A stretch of DNA of 64,000 nt, from positions 14,477,471 through 14,541,470 of the forward strand of contig JAUZTB010000062.1 in assembly GCA_034780895.1 (NCBI GenBank), written 5' to 3'. A program made the translations under genes and the position numbers. Of the stretch, positions 50,787 to 63,519 are shown in pieces (within the stretch, counting starts at the first letter, position 1; the number at the start of each line of letters is the position of its first letter). The notes beneath the pieces are model-generated. The model did not search any database and had not been told where the DNA came from. It worked only from the letters and a program-made list of their open reading frames with translations. Source of the stretch: Rhynchobatus australiae. Taxonomy: Eukaryota.

Positions 50787-53395
50787 AGTCCATTCTCAAG
50801 CTTTTCCTATCAAATGCAATCCAACATGCATTTGCATGAAGAGCCAGGTATTGATTACTCAGCTAAAATTATTAGTCCTACTTAGGTGCAATCCAATTTC
50901 TCTGCAGCCACTTCTTCATTATTATCTTTCTTAAGTCCCAAATTCCCAGTTTTTTCTGTTCAGAGACTCTGCCTTCTTTTGTCTCTATATGCCCGTCTCA
51001 ATGCCTTCTGTGTAAGATAAGAAAGTTGTGCTCTTGTGCAATTTCTGTAAATTTTTCAAACTTCTGCAAATTATCTGCTGCACAAGGTACTGCCCCTGCA
51101 ACTACAGCAGCTATTTAAGGAGCTATATCCTCTCTGCCGCAAGATGGAAACTTCTTGTTGAGAGACACCAAAGATCACAGATGCTGCCTGAAATTATTAT
51201 GGTTGGAGAGAGAAGGGTACAATAGCTTTTTTCCATCAAATGGTGCCTTCCCCATCCCACTCTCCCCACCCCTCTTCCCCAACCTCCCACTTCCTCAACC
51301 CATTTCAGAATATAATTGAACCCATGAACACCACCTTGGTATTCCTCTTTTGCATTATTTATTTATTGTGGCAAGTTATAATAATTTTTATGTCTTGCAC
51401 TGTACTGCTGCTGCAAAACAACAAATTTCACTACATATTTGATGATAGTGAAGTAGGTCGCAAATTCAATCAACAACAGAAAAATGAAAGTGTTGTACAA
51501 AAAAAAATACAGGAAGCCATCTAATTTTATATTGTTTTTTTAGACAAACATAAGGCTAGATGACTTGCACAATTAGTTATGCTACTTAAATCCACATAAT
51601 TACAATATTACTTGCATGTTTGAGTGCAAGATGATAAATAATAAGACATCACATATTTGCTACAGGAGGACGCAGGTATTTCTCATCTTGATTCCTTTAG
51701 GAGAGGGCACATTAGATACTGGTTAGGACATCATTTTGACAGCAGGGAAAGGTGGACCTCAAAACATTCCTTTATGTCACAGGTAGGAATATTCCAATGT
51801 TTACTCTGCTTCCTTTAACCATCTGCTCACATAAAACTTTTGATCTGTCACAGACAATGTTGTAGAAACCACTTTGTGGTATTAAAGAACAGCTGAAAGT
51901 TGTGCAACCCAATGTTGGTAATAGCTGTATTTTGGCAACTCCCAAAAATGGCTAAAAGAGGTAATTAGATTCTTTACACTGGAATAGATACTGTATGCAC
52001 TGAACTCCCACCATTAAGTTTCACTGTATTTGACAGAACATAAAATGGGAGGTGGAATGAGGTACGCAGGCAACACAAAGAAAAACTAAAATAAAAATAA
52101 AGACACAAAATGAAAGATCTAAAAATGTCAAACTAGAATATTGTCACACTTTCAAGATTTATAACTGCAAATATTTAAAGTGCAATTCTAAATTATTTTT
52201 TAGTTTTTCAAAAATACTTGANNNNNNNNNNNNNNNNNNNNNNNNNNNNNNNNNNNNNNNNNNNNNNNNNNNNNNNNNNNNNNNNNNNNNNNNNNNNNNN
52301 NNNNNNNNNNNNNNNNNNNNNNNNNNNNNNNNNNNNNNNNNNNNNNNNNNNNNNNNNNNNNNNNNNNNNNNNNNNNNNNNNNNNNNNNNNNNNNNNNNNN
52401 NNNNNNNNNNNNNNNNNNNNNNNNNNNNNNNNNNNNNNNNNNNNNNNNNNNNNNNNNNNNNNNNNNNNNNNNNNAATAGATTTTTGTATCACCTAAAACC
52501 TATGAAAGTGCCAAACAAGGTTTCTTGAGGGAATACCTGTGACGATACTGCCATGATATGATGTAACATCCATTTATTTAATATAATGAAATGCATGCAC
52601 TAACTTTAAAAAACCACAACCTCAGGTCAAGTATGCTACTAAATACGAGAGGCTGATCTGATGGAACTGGGCGACCTTTACTTTTTGTTGAGAAAACTGG
52701 GTAAAGAGTCAAGGAACTTACTGTCCTTTACAAGCAAGACTGAAAAGATTAGAAAGAAATAACATAAAGCAGTAAGAGCAACTTCTCCAATTTGTTACTG
52801 AATAATGACAAAGGCCACCAGTTTTGGACTGGGAATCTATAACAAAAGAAAAGCAGGTACTTATGTGAACAGACAGCAGGTTATTGTGACTGGGATGTTG
52901 CAACAGCTTCTTGACCACGGCAAGGTCTATGAGCTTTGACTTAAATGACAGTAAGGGTATTGGTCTATAGTTATCAAGATTGGACTTTAGTTTCTTTTAG
53001 ATAAGCATAAAATTTGTTTCTTTCCATCACAGCAGGATAGTTTTGGCTGGCAGGAATGTTTACCTACATGACTTAGCAAAACAGTTAGCTTCTTGATGGG
53101 TTTTTGAGAAAATGCATTGTAGCAATAGAAGCCATATTTTGGGAAAAAATTCACTCCCAGTCAATGTGCCAGTGCACAATACAGTTGTGACTGTATGATG
53201 TGTGCTGCCTATGAATTTTGGATCCATTGACGAGTATAATCAGCAATAGCAGTGGCACATGTGTGGGGACAAGCTCTTGCCTACTGGCTCACCTGCCTGA
53301 AGGAGAGAGTGCTAGCAATTATTGGTGGGTTGTAACGAGTCTGCAACCAGTTGTGACACAGAGTTCATTGAAAGTGATAATCTGTTTATCCCTAA

Positions 53396-53542
53396 CAAGA
53401 CAGAAAATGCTGGAAACACTCATCAGTTCAGGCAGCAACTGTGTAAAGAAAAACAGAGTTAATATTTCAAGTTGAAGACTCTTTATCATTACTTGGAAAA
53501 GTGAGAAAGACGCTGCCTGATGTGCTGACTGTTTCCAGCATA
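53396..53542 (-). mobile_element. Older Penelope-derived fold-back insertion
   Basis: Arms ATGCTGGAAACACTCA.CA..TCAGGCAGC and GCTGCCTGA.GTGCTGA.TGTTTCCAGCAT; degenerate TSD TGTTTATCCCTAA / TGTTTACCCCTTAA. Confidence 0.6.
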
Positions 53543-56000
53543 TGTTTACCCCTTAATCTCCTTCTCATATCCCAATTTTCCCTCTTCCCATCACCTCTTG
53601 ATTTACAACCTGTAGATGATATAAGCCCACATCTGTAATCTGAATACCTCCCCTCACTATAATGTTCTCATTTTAAAAGTATTCCAAATTTCACGAGTGC
53701 CACTCTGTCAGAATTGCTGTGGTCACCTGTCAGCTAGTAGCTCAGACTGATGCCACTCGTTGCAAGATAGCGCTGTTCTATGCCAGCCCATGACAGCACA
53801 CAGCTGCTTCTGGTTACCTCCAGGTCTCCTTTACCAAAAGGTCAATCACCTTCTACCAGCTCGGCTGCCATAGTGCATAAAGCAGAAAAGGGAAAGACAC
53901 AAGGAAACCAGGTATATGCAAGGGTGATTAGTTGACAATTTNNNNNNNNNNNNNNNNNNNNNNNNNNNNNNNNNNNNNNNNNNNNNNNNNNNNNNNNNNN
54001 NNNNNNNNNNNNNNNNNNNNNNNNNNNNNNNNNNNNNNNNNTTAGTTGACAATTTTATCTTGAGTAGATGTATAAAAGTATTTAATGTTTTTGATTTGGT
54101 TTGGCTTACTATTCAACAATTTTGGTTATGCAAATGTTGAGCGATCAAAAATAGAGGAGTGGTTAGATATGAACTTTGAAATGGAACAACTTGTTTCTCT
54201 ATTCATTTGTGAGATACGGACAGTGTTATTTAAAGATCATCCTTGATGGCTCTTGAGAAAGTGGTGAGAGGTTACCTTCTCCATCTATCAGAGTGTTTTT
54301 GGTGAAGGTATTTTCACAATGCGGTAGGGTAGGGGGTTGCAGAACTTTGACCTAGTGACAACAAGTTTGTGCAGGTACGTTTTTAAGGACAGGACAATAT
54401 GTGGATACAACTTGTGCCACTGGTGATGCATGCTTGCAGTTACTGCTTTAGTAATTCCAGATAGAGAAGTTGTGGAATTTTCAGAAACTGCTGCAGAAGT
54501 TGTGATGACTTTGGTTATGCATGAAGGTACATACCGCAGCAAACTACACTGATGCCAGAGGGAGTGAACATTCAAGGAGAAGAGTGGGGTGCCTATTAAT
54601 TCAGCAAGTTGTTTTGCTCTAAATCACATCAAGTTTTTTTCAGTGTTGTCAGAGCTGCATTTATTCAGGCAAATGGAGAATATTCCAACTCACTCCCGTC
54701 ATGTCTTCTGGTTGTTTGAAAGGTTTTGGGATGTCAGGAGTTGAGTCGGACAATTTAGAGTATCTGGTCTCTGTTAAACTATTGCAGCCTAAGCCTGAAC
54801 AAAATCCTTCTTTTTCCTTCTCCTCCTCTGCTTTCTATTCTATAGATAAAGACTGTGTAAGGNNNNNNNNNNNNNNNNNNNNNNNNNNNNNNNNNNNNNN
54901 NNNNNNNNNNNNNNNNNNNNNNNNNNNNNNNNNNNNNNNNNNNNNNNNNNNNNNNNNNNNNNTAGATAAAGACTGTGTAAGGCACTCTAGGCAACGACAA
55001 AGCCAAGAGCTCCTCTTTGAAGCATATGCTGCATATCCAAGTTGGTCCAGGTATAGGAAACTATTTCAGGACTACTATGCTGGTTTCCAAAATGTTATGG
55101 GAGAGGTCCAGGAATTTTATTATAAGAGATTGCTGCTCTGGTTGCTGGACCCCTATCGACAGCAGGTTGCAGTGATAACTGCTTTGACGAACCTTCTGGA
55201 TGCATTGTTTCTTAATCCCATGCACATACTACGTGCATTCTCTGAAGTCTTTTGCAAGATAGCACATTTATCAAGAGCCCTAATCCCCTTCCAGTCCTCC
55301 CAAGGTGGACCTGTTTTTTCAACTATTTCCTCTCTTCCTAGTCATGTGGATTGACTTCAATGTCCCCAGTCCTTCTATAGAAAGGACTCAAATATCTTAC
55401 CTTTGTGAAAGCTCCTATTCAGTATAGTGCTTATAACTGCCTTAACTTCCTATCCAATCCCCTACTAACCTGGAAGTAAATACCAGGGGTCAGAGATTCT
55501 GCTACTAAAAGCAGATTTCCTGTGAATACTTCACACGATGGGTGAGCTGGATGGGGAGGCATCAAAATTGGCTTTGCAAAAGGACTGGCATCATCATCTG
55601 CTGATTCTACACGTGAGTGTAATGCACGTGGTACCACTGTATTCAATTTTCCAAGCTGATAACTCAGGCAACAAAAATGGGCTTGCAATTTGCAACAAAA
55701 CTCCAAGTAAATCAATATCCTAGCTCTTAAATTTTTAAACCCACTTAGAAGAGTATATGCATTTTCTACAAAATGGATAAAAGTAAAGGGGAATTTATGT
55801 AACTCCAAGTGTATAATTAGACTGTAATAAAGGAAAGTAGCAATGATGCTGGCATATTAGGGAATGCTGCACGCTAGATAAAATACTGAAACATTGTGCT
55901 ATTACCATGTAAAAATCATATCATTAATAGCTATTAACGTTAATAATGATCAAGATGTTAAATGTATCAGAATGATAAATGTGAATAAAACATTCCATAC

Positions 56001-56197
56001 CAGCAAACCACACTAGTGTGTTATTTTGAAAATCTGCATTAACTTCTTCCAGTATGCGGCCAATTGCGTGGTCCAGCTCTCGTAGGCCATTTCCATATGG
56101 ACCACGTGTAGAGGTGTTAGCAAACTGAGAATTGTACTGTAAAGGTACATGCATATGGGCTGGAGCAAAGTACAAGAAGAATGGATGCATACTCTCC
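56001..56197 (-). CDS. ARSG: Arylsulfatase G internal exon (197 nt)
   Basis: tttttcttag|...GCTG|gtatgg; encodes ESMHPFFLYFAPAHMHVPLQ...GPYGNGLRELDHAIGRIL...NNTLVWFA, with the sulfatase PFFLY and AHMHVP active-site His motifs; phase 2 to 1. Confidence 0.96.
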
Positions 56198-57542
56198 CTA
56201 AGAAAAACAGAAGAGGAAAGTCAACAGGATCATGAGATAAAAATGTTTTTTTTAATGTACAACCTGATAATGCAGCAACTAAGGCCTTGATGACGGAAGC
56301 AATTTGGTAATAGCAGGTTTGCCCAATAGTTAAACCTGTCTTTTTATCTTTCAAACATCAGGTCAAATTCAGCTCAAACTGATGGTACAAAAACATGTTC
56401 AGTTTACAGGTTCCAATACTTCTAACACAAATAGGTTTGGGGATCCTTAGAATATACCTTCGATATAAAACACAGGTCAAATTAAAGGTCATGAGAGGTC
56501 AGGGACTGACCTTTGGAGCTTCCACTCCACATAACTGAAACAGTGGATCCAATGAATAACTGGTCCATACAGATCAGAAATCTATCAAGTGTGATCTGTG
56601 CTCTTCACGAGGCAGAGATTGTGCTGTAATTCTTTGATCCTTGGGTTAAGAAAGGAAAAATCACTTCACCCCATACAATGGTATTTGTGCAAAACATGGA
56701 GAGGCCACCCAATAAAACAAGTCACTTTCATTCTACCCTGGTTCGTGGGGCATTCTTTTTCTACCTTACTAGGCTAGATTATTCATGAGGAAAAATGGGT
56801 GACTAATTACACTACTAACTGCTATTAGTAACATTCAAAAAAGCCATCATATTTACTCTTATTTGTAAACTTCTGTTCAATCCTCCCTGCAATGGTGAAC
56901 TGACCAGTTACAGCATATTATTGTGTAATGTCACATTCTCAAAGAAAACTAAACCAATATAAAGCACACACAAAGCAGCATTAGGATACAGAGTTTGGAT
57001 GTCAGATGGGACCAGGCCCACTTCTAAGTCTGGTGCACTTCTATTCTGGAGCCAAGCTCTTGGATGACACACAAGAGGTAAACAGGCAGCTGTGGAACAC
57101 TACTCCTGCTGGCAGGGGGAGAGGGGGTGGGATGTAGAATTTAGACTAAAATATAATTTAAAAATCAGTTTTATGTTGCAGATGAAATTTTGAGACTAAA
57201 ATAAAACTTTTCCTCACACATTCACTTTCTCTTTTCAATAGTTACTTGTGCCACGTACCGTTTCTGTCCAAGGGCATGGCCACTTCGGATGGCAATGCAT
57301 CCCTCAAAATTACCACCGTCATATTCTATTTTGTGAAGCACCAATGCCAATGACACAGTATCAGAAATATAAAGGTCTGAGTGAGAGATAATTGTCATGT
57401 GTTTGGTAGCTTCATGATTTTTATTTTAATTTTGTGTTAATTGATTACAACCAGGACTAGGATTACACCTTGAAGGTTAGATTTTGGTAAATTGTAGTAT
57501 TAGGTGTTATCTCTCCTGAATAATCGATTGGCTTTCACTCAC

Positions 57543-57680
57543 CTGGCCTTCTGAATGAAATGTAAAACTTTTTCTGTATATCTCTCTGTCAGACTGCTGA
57601 GATTAACAGGTTGTTCTACAATCTTTTGGTTTTCAAGGAGAGGCAGTGCTATATTTCCAGTACATGGATTGACCTTACAG
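57543..57680 (-). CDS. ARSG: Arylsulfatase G internal exon (138 nt)
   Basis: ttttctgcttcag|...GCCAG|gtgagt; encodes (S)[45 protein letters not shown], matching recalled [21 protein letters not shown]; phase 2 to 2. Confidence 0.95.
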
Positions 57681-58249
57681 CTGAAGCAGAAAACACAGTA
57701 AAATATATGTTAATTTGATTTGGGTTTCAAACAGAAATGTTAATGATTCAACTAAAAGATTCTAGAAGACTTGAAAAAAAACTTTTCACCATATAAACTT
57801 TGATGCAATTTCAAGGAACATTTTTACAAAGCCACACAAAGATGTGTTCATCACTTCACTAACAAATACAAGGTATATATAGATTTGATTACAATGATAA
57901 CATTGAACATGCTGTCTCATTAGTGGTAGCCAGTAAGTATGTACATGACTATTTTGGTACAGTAACTGGCATTCTGATAGATTTATGTACTTTGGGAGTA
58001 GGTCGATACTGATGACCACACAAACTCAATGTTTCAATTTAACTTTAGTGGCCCAGTTAAGCTCCTATCTCCTTCACAACTCATTTCTTAATAGTTAAAA
58101 TTTACATTGGATTCCCTGAAATTGGCGAGAACTAAGTTGGCAGTGTGACTCTTCAACTTAGCATTTTCTTTGCAGTCAAGGACTTTTAACTACATTTTAA
58201 CTACACTTTAAATACAAAACATTCATAACCAATGTTCAGTCAGAACTGC

Positions 58250-58850
58250 TGAATAGATGATCCATCTTGGCTTCCCCTGAAATCCCCACCATCACAGAAG
58301 CCAATTCAATTTACTCCACGTGATATCAAGAAATAGCTGAGAGCACTGAATACGGCAAACGCTGAGTCCAGACAGCACCCCCAGCAGAAGGACTGAAGAC
58401 CTGCACTCCAGAACCAACCATATCTCTAACTAAGTAGCATTAGAATGCTGCCATCTAACTAACAATGTGGAAGTTTCCCAGGTGTATCCTGTTCAAAAAA
58501 GCCAGTGCAAATCCAATCTGACTAATTACTGCCCAATTAGTTGACTCTGAATCATCAGCAAAGTGATGGAAGCTCATCAACATGCTATCATTTGACACCT
58601 ACCCAATAATTGGTTCACCGATGTCTTGTTTGGGTTTCACCAAGATCAACCTACTCTAGATTTCATCACAGCCTTTGTCCAAACATGGACCAAATAGATG
58701 AATTCCAGAAGGGAGTTGACAGCAAAGACAGCATTTAACTGAGTGTGGCATAAGGGAGCTTTGTTAAAATTCAGCTCTTTGGGCATCAAAGAGAAAATAG
58801 TCCAGTGGTTGGAGTCGTAACTTGCACAAGTGAAGATGGTTATGACCAAC
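58250..58850 (+). mobile_element. Old CR1-group LINE (family B) RT fragment
   Basis: KTAFN*VWHKGALLK (decayed KAFDRVWH); similar to 9100-9300 and 26240-26650. Confidence 0.6.
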
Positions 58851-59689
58851 TCATGGCATGGGACTCCATTAGGACATCTGATGCACTGTAACCACCTCTC
58901 CCAAGTTTCCCCTCACATCACCAGCAGTCTTTTATGCAGTTTGTCTGTGGATGACGTAGGGCAAGGTTGCTTTAGGTTTCCCACAATTCGGCAATGGATC
59001 TTGGCAGCTCTTGTCAGGTTCCATATCGCAGGGTGTTCACACCCTATCGGTGCTTCAACCCCCTCTTTGGTCATTTCATTTGAAGTTTTTAAGGTAGACA
59101 ATTGTTTTTGAAAGATTAGAGAAGTGAGTGCTATGGGGAGCTGGTATAGAAGAGGAATAGAGAACAGCATAGATCATCCATGATTATATTAAACAGTGGG
59201 CCAGATTTGGGGGGAGGGGTGGCCTACTCTTGCTCCTATTTTCTTGTGTTCATGAGATTTTTAGGCAAAATGATTGGTCATTAGCAATATGTGCACAGAT
59301 TACTTAGTGCACCAAAATAGTGGAAATCTAATTTCAAGGTAAAGGTCTCAGTTTGCTCCCTCATCTGGAAAAGGACACCACTTATGCTGCTGTACTGGAA
59401 TATCCAATTCTCATGCTCAAGTTGCTGCAGTAAAACTTTAATACACAAACTTCTGAGTCAAAGGTGAGAATGTTACCAATTGAACCAGAGCTGATTACAA
59501 GATTTGACAAAGTTCTGATGAAAGGTCAATATGAAATNNNNNNNNNNNNNNNNNNNNNNNNNNNNNNNTGACCTGCTGAATGTTTCTAGCATTTTCTGAT
59601 TTTATTTCAATATTTCCAGCATCTACAGGGGTTTTTGTTTTTCACTGACTGCTAGATCTACTGTGTTTTTAATCAGAGTGACAGATATT

Positions 59690-61685
59690 TAAAGAAAATT
59701 AAAATAAGAGAGGCAAAGGCAGCATATGAGAAAAGAGAAGCTGCCAACATAAATGGGAATCCAAAACAATTTTATAGGAATTTAAGGAGTAAGAGTGCAT
59801 GTAATAGTGGGGTTCACAAAGAAATGAGAACCTGCACATCTCTGCTGCGAGCACTGCTAAGTGAATACTATATCAGTCTGTAACAGGCAAGAAGTAATAG
59901 AGGAAAATAAAATAGTTAAGATGCTAGATGCATTAGAATTTGATGACATGGGAATATTGGAAAAGTTGGTTGAACTTAAAAGTAGATAAGTCACCATGAC
60001 TAGATGGAATGCATCCTACTAATCTGAGGGAGCTATGGTAGGAAATTGCTGGGACACTGACTATCTTACAGTGTTTATTAGANNNAGGGGGCGGCACCTG
60101 AGGATGAAGAGTAGCAAACATTACTCCCTTGTTCAAAAGAAAGGGATAAGGATAAGCCCTGCATCTACAGGCCATTCGATTTAATCTTGATCTTGGGAAA
60201 GCTTTTGAGAAACTTTGATCCACAACAGGATTAAAAGTCACCTGGATGAAAATGGAGTATTAAATCAAACAGCTATGGATCTGTTAAGGGATTTGTGTTT
60301 AAACAATCTGGTGGAATTTTTCTATGAGGTACTGGATAGAACTGATGTAGTCAATGCCCTTGATGTGGTGTGTGTGGCCTTCCAGAACGTTTTTTGAAAA
60401 AGTGCCGCATTACAGGCACCTCAGCAGAGTTGAAGCACAAAGCATAAAAGGAACATTGATTGGTATGAAGTTATCTGAGTAACTGATAATAAAGAGTTGA
60501 GATGAATGGTTGTTTCTTGGACTGGCAGAAAGCTCTCAGTGATTGGTGTTACGGGTTATTGCTTTTTTTTAATCTATACTAAGTATTTGGAGTTGTAACG
60601 TAGGTATAACCTAGATGTAGCCTAGTAACTTGGAGGTGCAAGCCACAATTTCTAAGTCTGCAGCAGACACAAAACATGGCACTACTTTGAACTGCAAGGA
60701 GTATAATGATAGAATGCAGTGGGATATAAACAGGTTGGTGAAATAGGCAGATGCATGGCAGATGAAGTTTAATGCAGAGAAATGGGAGGTAAAACATTTT
60801 AAGAGAGAGAGAGAGAGATCTTTATTAGTCAAATGTACATTGAAACACACAGTGAAATACATCTTTCGCATAGTGTGTTCTGGGGGCAGCCCACAAGTGC
60901 CACCATGCTTCTGGCGCCAACATAGAATGCCCACAACTTCCTAACCCGTATGTCTTTGGAATGTGGGAGGAAACCGGTGTAGGAAGAATGAGGAGAAACA
61001 ACGCAGATTAAACGATATGGTTCTAAAAGGGATGCAGGAGCATCTGGAGGTATAGTTGAAATATAATTGAAAGAGGCAGGTCCAACGGAGAAAGCAGCTT
61101 AAAAGGCAAATACAACTTTAGAATGTACCAGCAGAAGCATAGAGTGCACAAGCAAGGAAGTTATGTTGAACCTGTATAAAACACCTCAACTGGCCAGAAT
61201 TGTGTCCAATTCTGATTGCCTCATTATAGGAATGATGTAAGGGTTCACAAGAGGGTCCAGAAAAAAATTATGAGAATGTTTCCTGGGATGAGGGACTACA
61301 GTTACAAGGATAGATTTTAGAGGCTGGGACTTTCTTTAGAGAAGGCTGAGGGGAGATTTGAAATTTTGAAGGTTTAGCTGGAGTGGACAATTGGAGGTTG
61401 TTCCATTTGGTGGAGGGATGAAGGCCAAAAGTTGCAGATATAACGTGGAAGTGAAAAGAAATAAGAGTGACATGAGAAAGAACTTGTTTATGCAGCATGT
61501 AGATGGTATCTAGGACGCACTGCAGGTTCCATCATGGCCTTCAAGAGGGAATTGGAAAAATATACAGCAAAGAAAAATGTGCAAGGCTGCAGAGAAAAGG
61601 TGAGGGTGTGGAACAAGTGAGTTGCTCTACAGAGCGCTGACACAACACAATGGGTCGATTAGCCTCCTGCAACCTTTGTATGATT
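59690..61685 (+). mobile_element. Long degenerate CR1 ORF2 remnant with a nested minus-strand SINE (~60800-60978)
   Basis: CLNNLVEFFYEV..ALDVVCVAFQ (CR1 CLTNL.EFF..V..AVDVVY.DF.KAF) and WQMKFNAEKWEVKHF; many stops and frameshifts. Confidence 0.8.
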
Positions 61686-61833
61686 CTAGAATCTAAGAGC
61701 CAGAGTGATTTTCAGTTATGCGACCATGTCAGGAAATGCTCATGTGCAATGGTTAACTGCATATCTGAATTGCTACTCCAATTTACAGATTATTAGCAAT
61801 ATTACCTGTAATACAGATTATTAGCAATATTAC

Positions 61834-61945
61834 CTTTCCATTACAGAATCCCTGGGGCACGGTGCACTTGGAGGAATATCATACCCTGGATCATCTGTGC
61901 AACCCATGTCATTACTGTAAGGGATTCCAAAATAGTAATCAAATC
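61834..61945 (-). CDS. ARSG: Arylsulfatase G internal exon (112 nt)
   Basis: ttttattacag|GA...GAAAG|gtaata; encodes (G)[36 protein letters not shown], with the arylsulfatase [11 protein letters not shown] motif; phase 1 to 2. Confidence 0.95.
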
Positions 61946-63519
61946 CTGTAATAAAACAAATATTTAACAATATTAACCATGGCTTATGTTTGTTGAGAAT
62001 TTTTTTGCACACACCCTTTTACATTTATGTTGGAAGTCTGGTATATAATGCATATTAATCAGCTGTATTCATGGATTGCTGTATTTGACTGTCGGGTGTA
62101 GTTCTCGTTTAACGAGCAAACTATAGATCTTTAGTTTATTTCTCAGAAATTTACTGATGTTGAAGATTTCTAGCAGGAAGCTTAGCAGTTAAAAATTGTA
62201 TTCACAGCAAGGTCAAAATACTATGGTTTACCAGAACTGTCAATACTGGCTTCTCAAAGTGTTGGAGCAAGCTCAAGAGGCCTACTCCTGCTTCTGTTTC
62301 TTTGATAAACTAACCCATTTCACAGGAAAGTGACAGGACCAACAAGCATCATCTAACCACTCTGATATCTTACTCCCAACCCTTAATAGCACTTTTTTTT
62401 ACTGAACTTAGAACATCAGTTCCCCCCATTTCTGCCATATTTATTGTTTATTTTGTAGTGAACACAGAGACAAAATACATTTAATGCTGAAGTTATTTCT
62501 TTGTTTTCCAGATATTTCTCCAGTCATTTCTCAATGAAGCCCAATTTTAATTTTGCTACTCCCTTCTGTTTTACATTGTTCTTGGAATCCTTTTATTACT
62601 TCTTGCTTGTTTGATCAAAGAGGTGGATTTTAAGGAGATTTTAAAGGGAAAAAACAAGGTGCTGGTTATTGTAGAATCATGTCCCCATATGACTTATCAC
62701 CTTTCAACTTCTTCCCGTGTGGGGGACAACATCATGGTCTCAATACCACCTACAAAACTGTGGTGGTCATTTCCAAGGGTGGGCAATAGCACTTGTCAAT
62801 GACTTCCCACTTTATCTAAATATGAAATGATGTAATGGTGAGCTTCGGGGAAGCTGACAAGGGTCACCACAGGATGGCAGGAAGATTGTGGCAGCTAATT
62901 TTTGACGCAGAGCTTTGGTACAGTGCCTGTCAGCTCCATTCTTTTTTTTTACCGAATTACCTCTACACCCACCAAAAGCGAGTAGTTAAGTGAAATCCAA
63001 TCCATGGGTTAATTTCTTCATTTCACCCTTGTTCATTATCATCAATTTAGGAAAGTGACTGCTAATATAAGGGTGACGATTTTGTTTTCTGTCATTTGAA
63101 ATACTTAGAACAGGGCTATTTTGGCAGCATGGTTGATGAACAGGAGTAGGCTGCCTCTGCTACCTTGCTGCCTTTGCCATAATCAGAAAATTCATATTAA
63201 AATAAGTTTTAGGCTCTTTGCCAGAACTCATTGGCTAGTTGCCCAAGTACATCAAGCAGTTAAACTAGCAGTTACAAATTTCCTCCACTGCTGTGGCTGC
63301 TTCATTAGTGACCATGGCTCCCTGCAGCACAGAAAAGGTGAATGTGATCATTTATAGCCAACATGATTTAAATTTTCTGTGCTCTGTGGAGGTGGTCGAT
63401 CAGTCATCATGCTGGAAAAATTAAATCTAATCACTTTAATGCATGCACTGTCACTAATGCTTCCTCAGTCTATGATTCAGTTTTTCTCCTCCTGTTCCAG
63501 GCACCTCAGCATATTTTTT

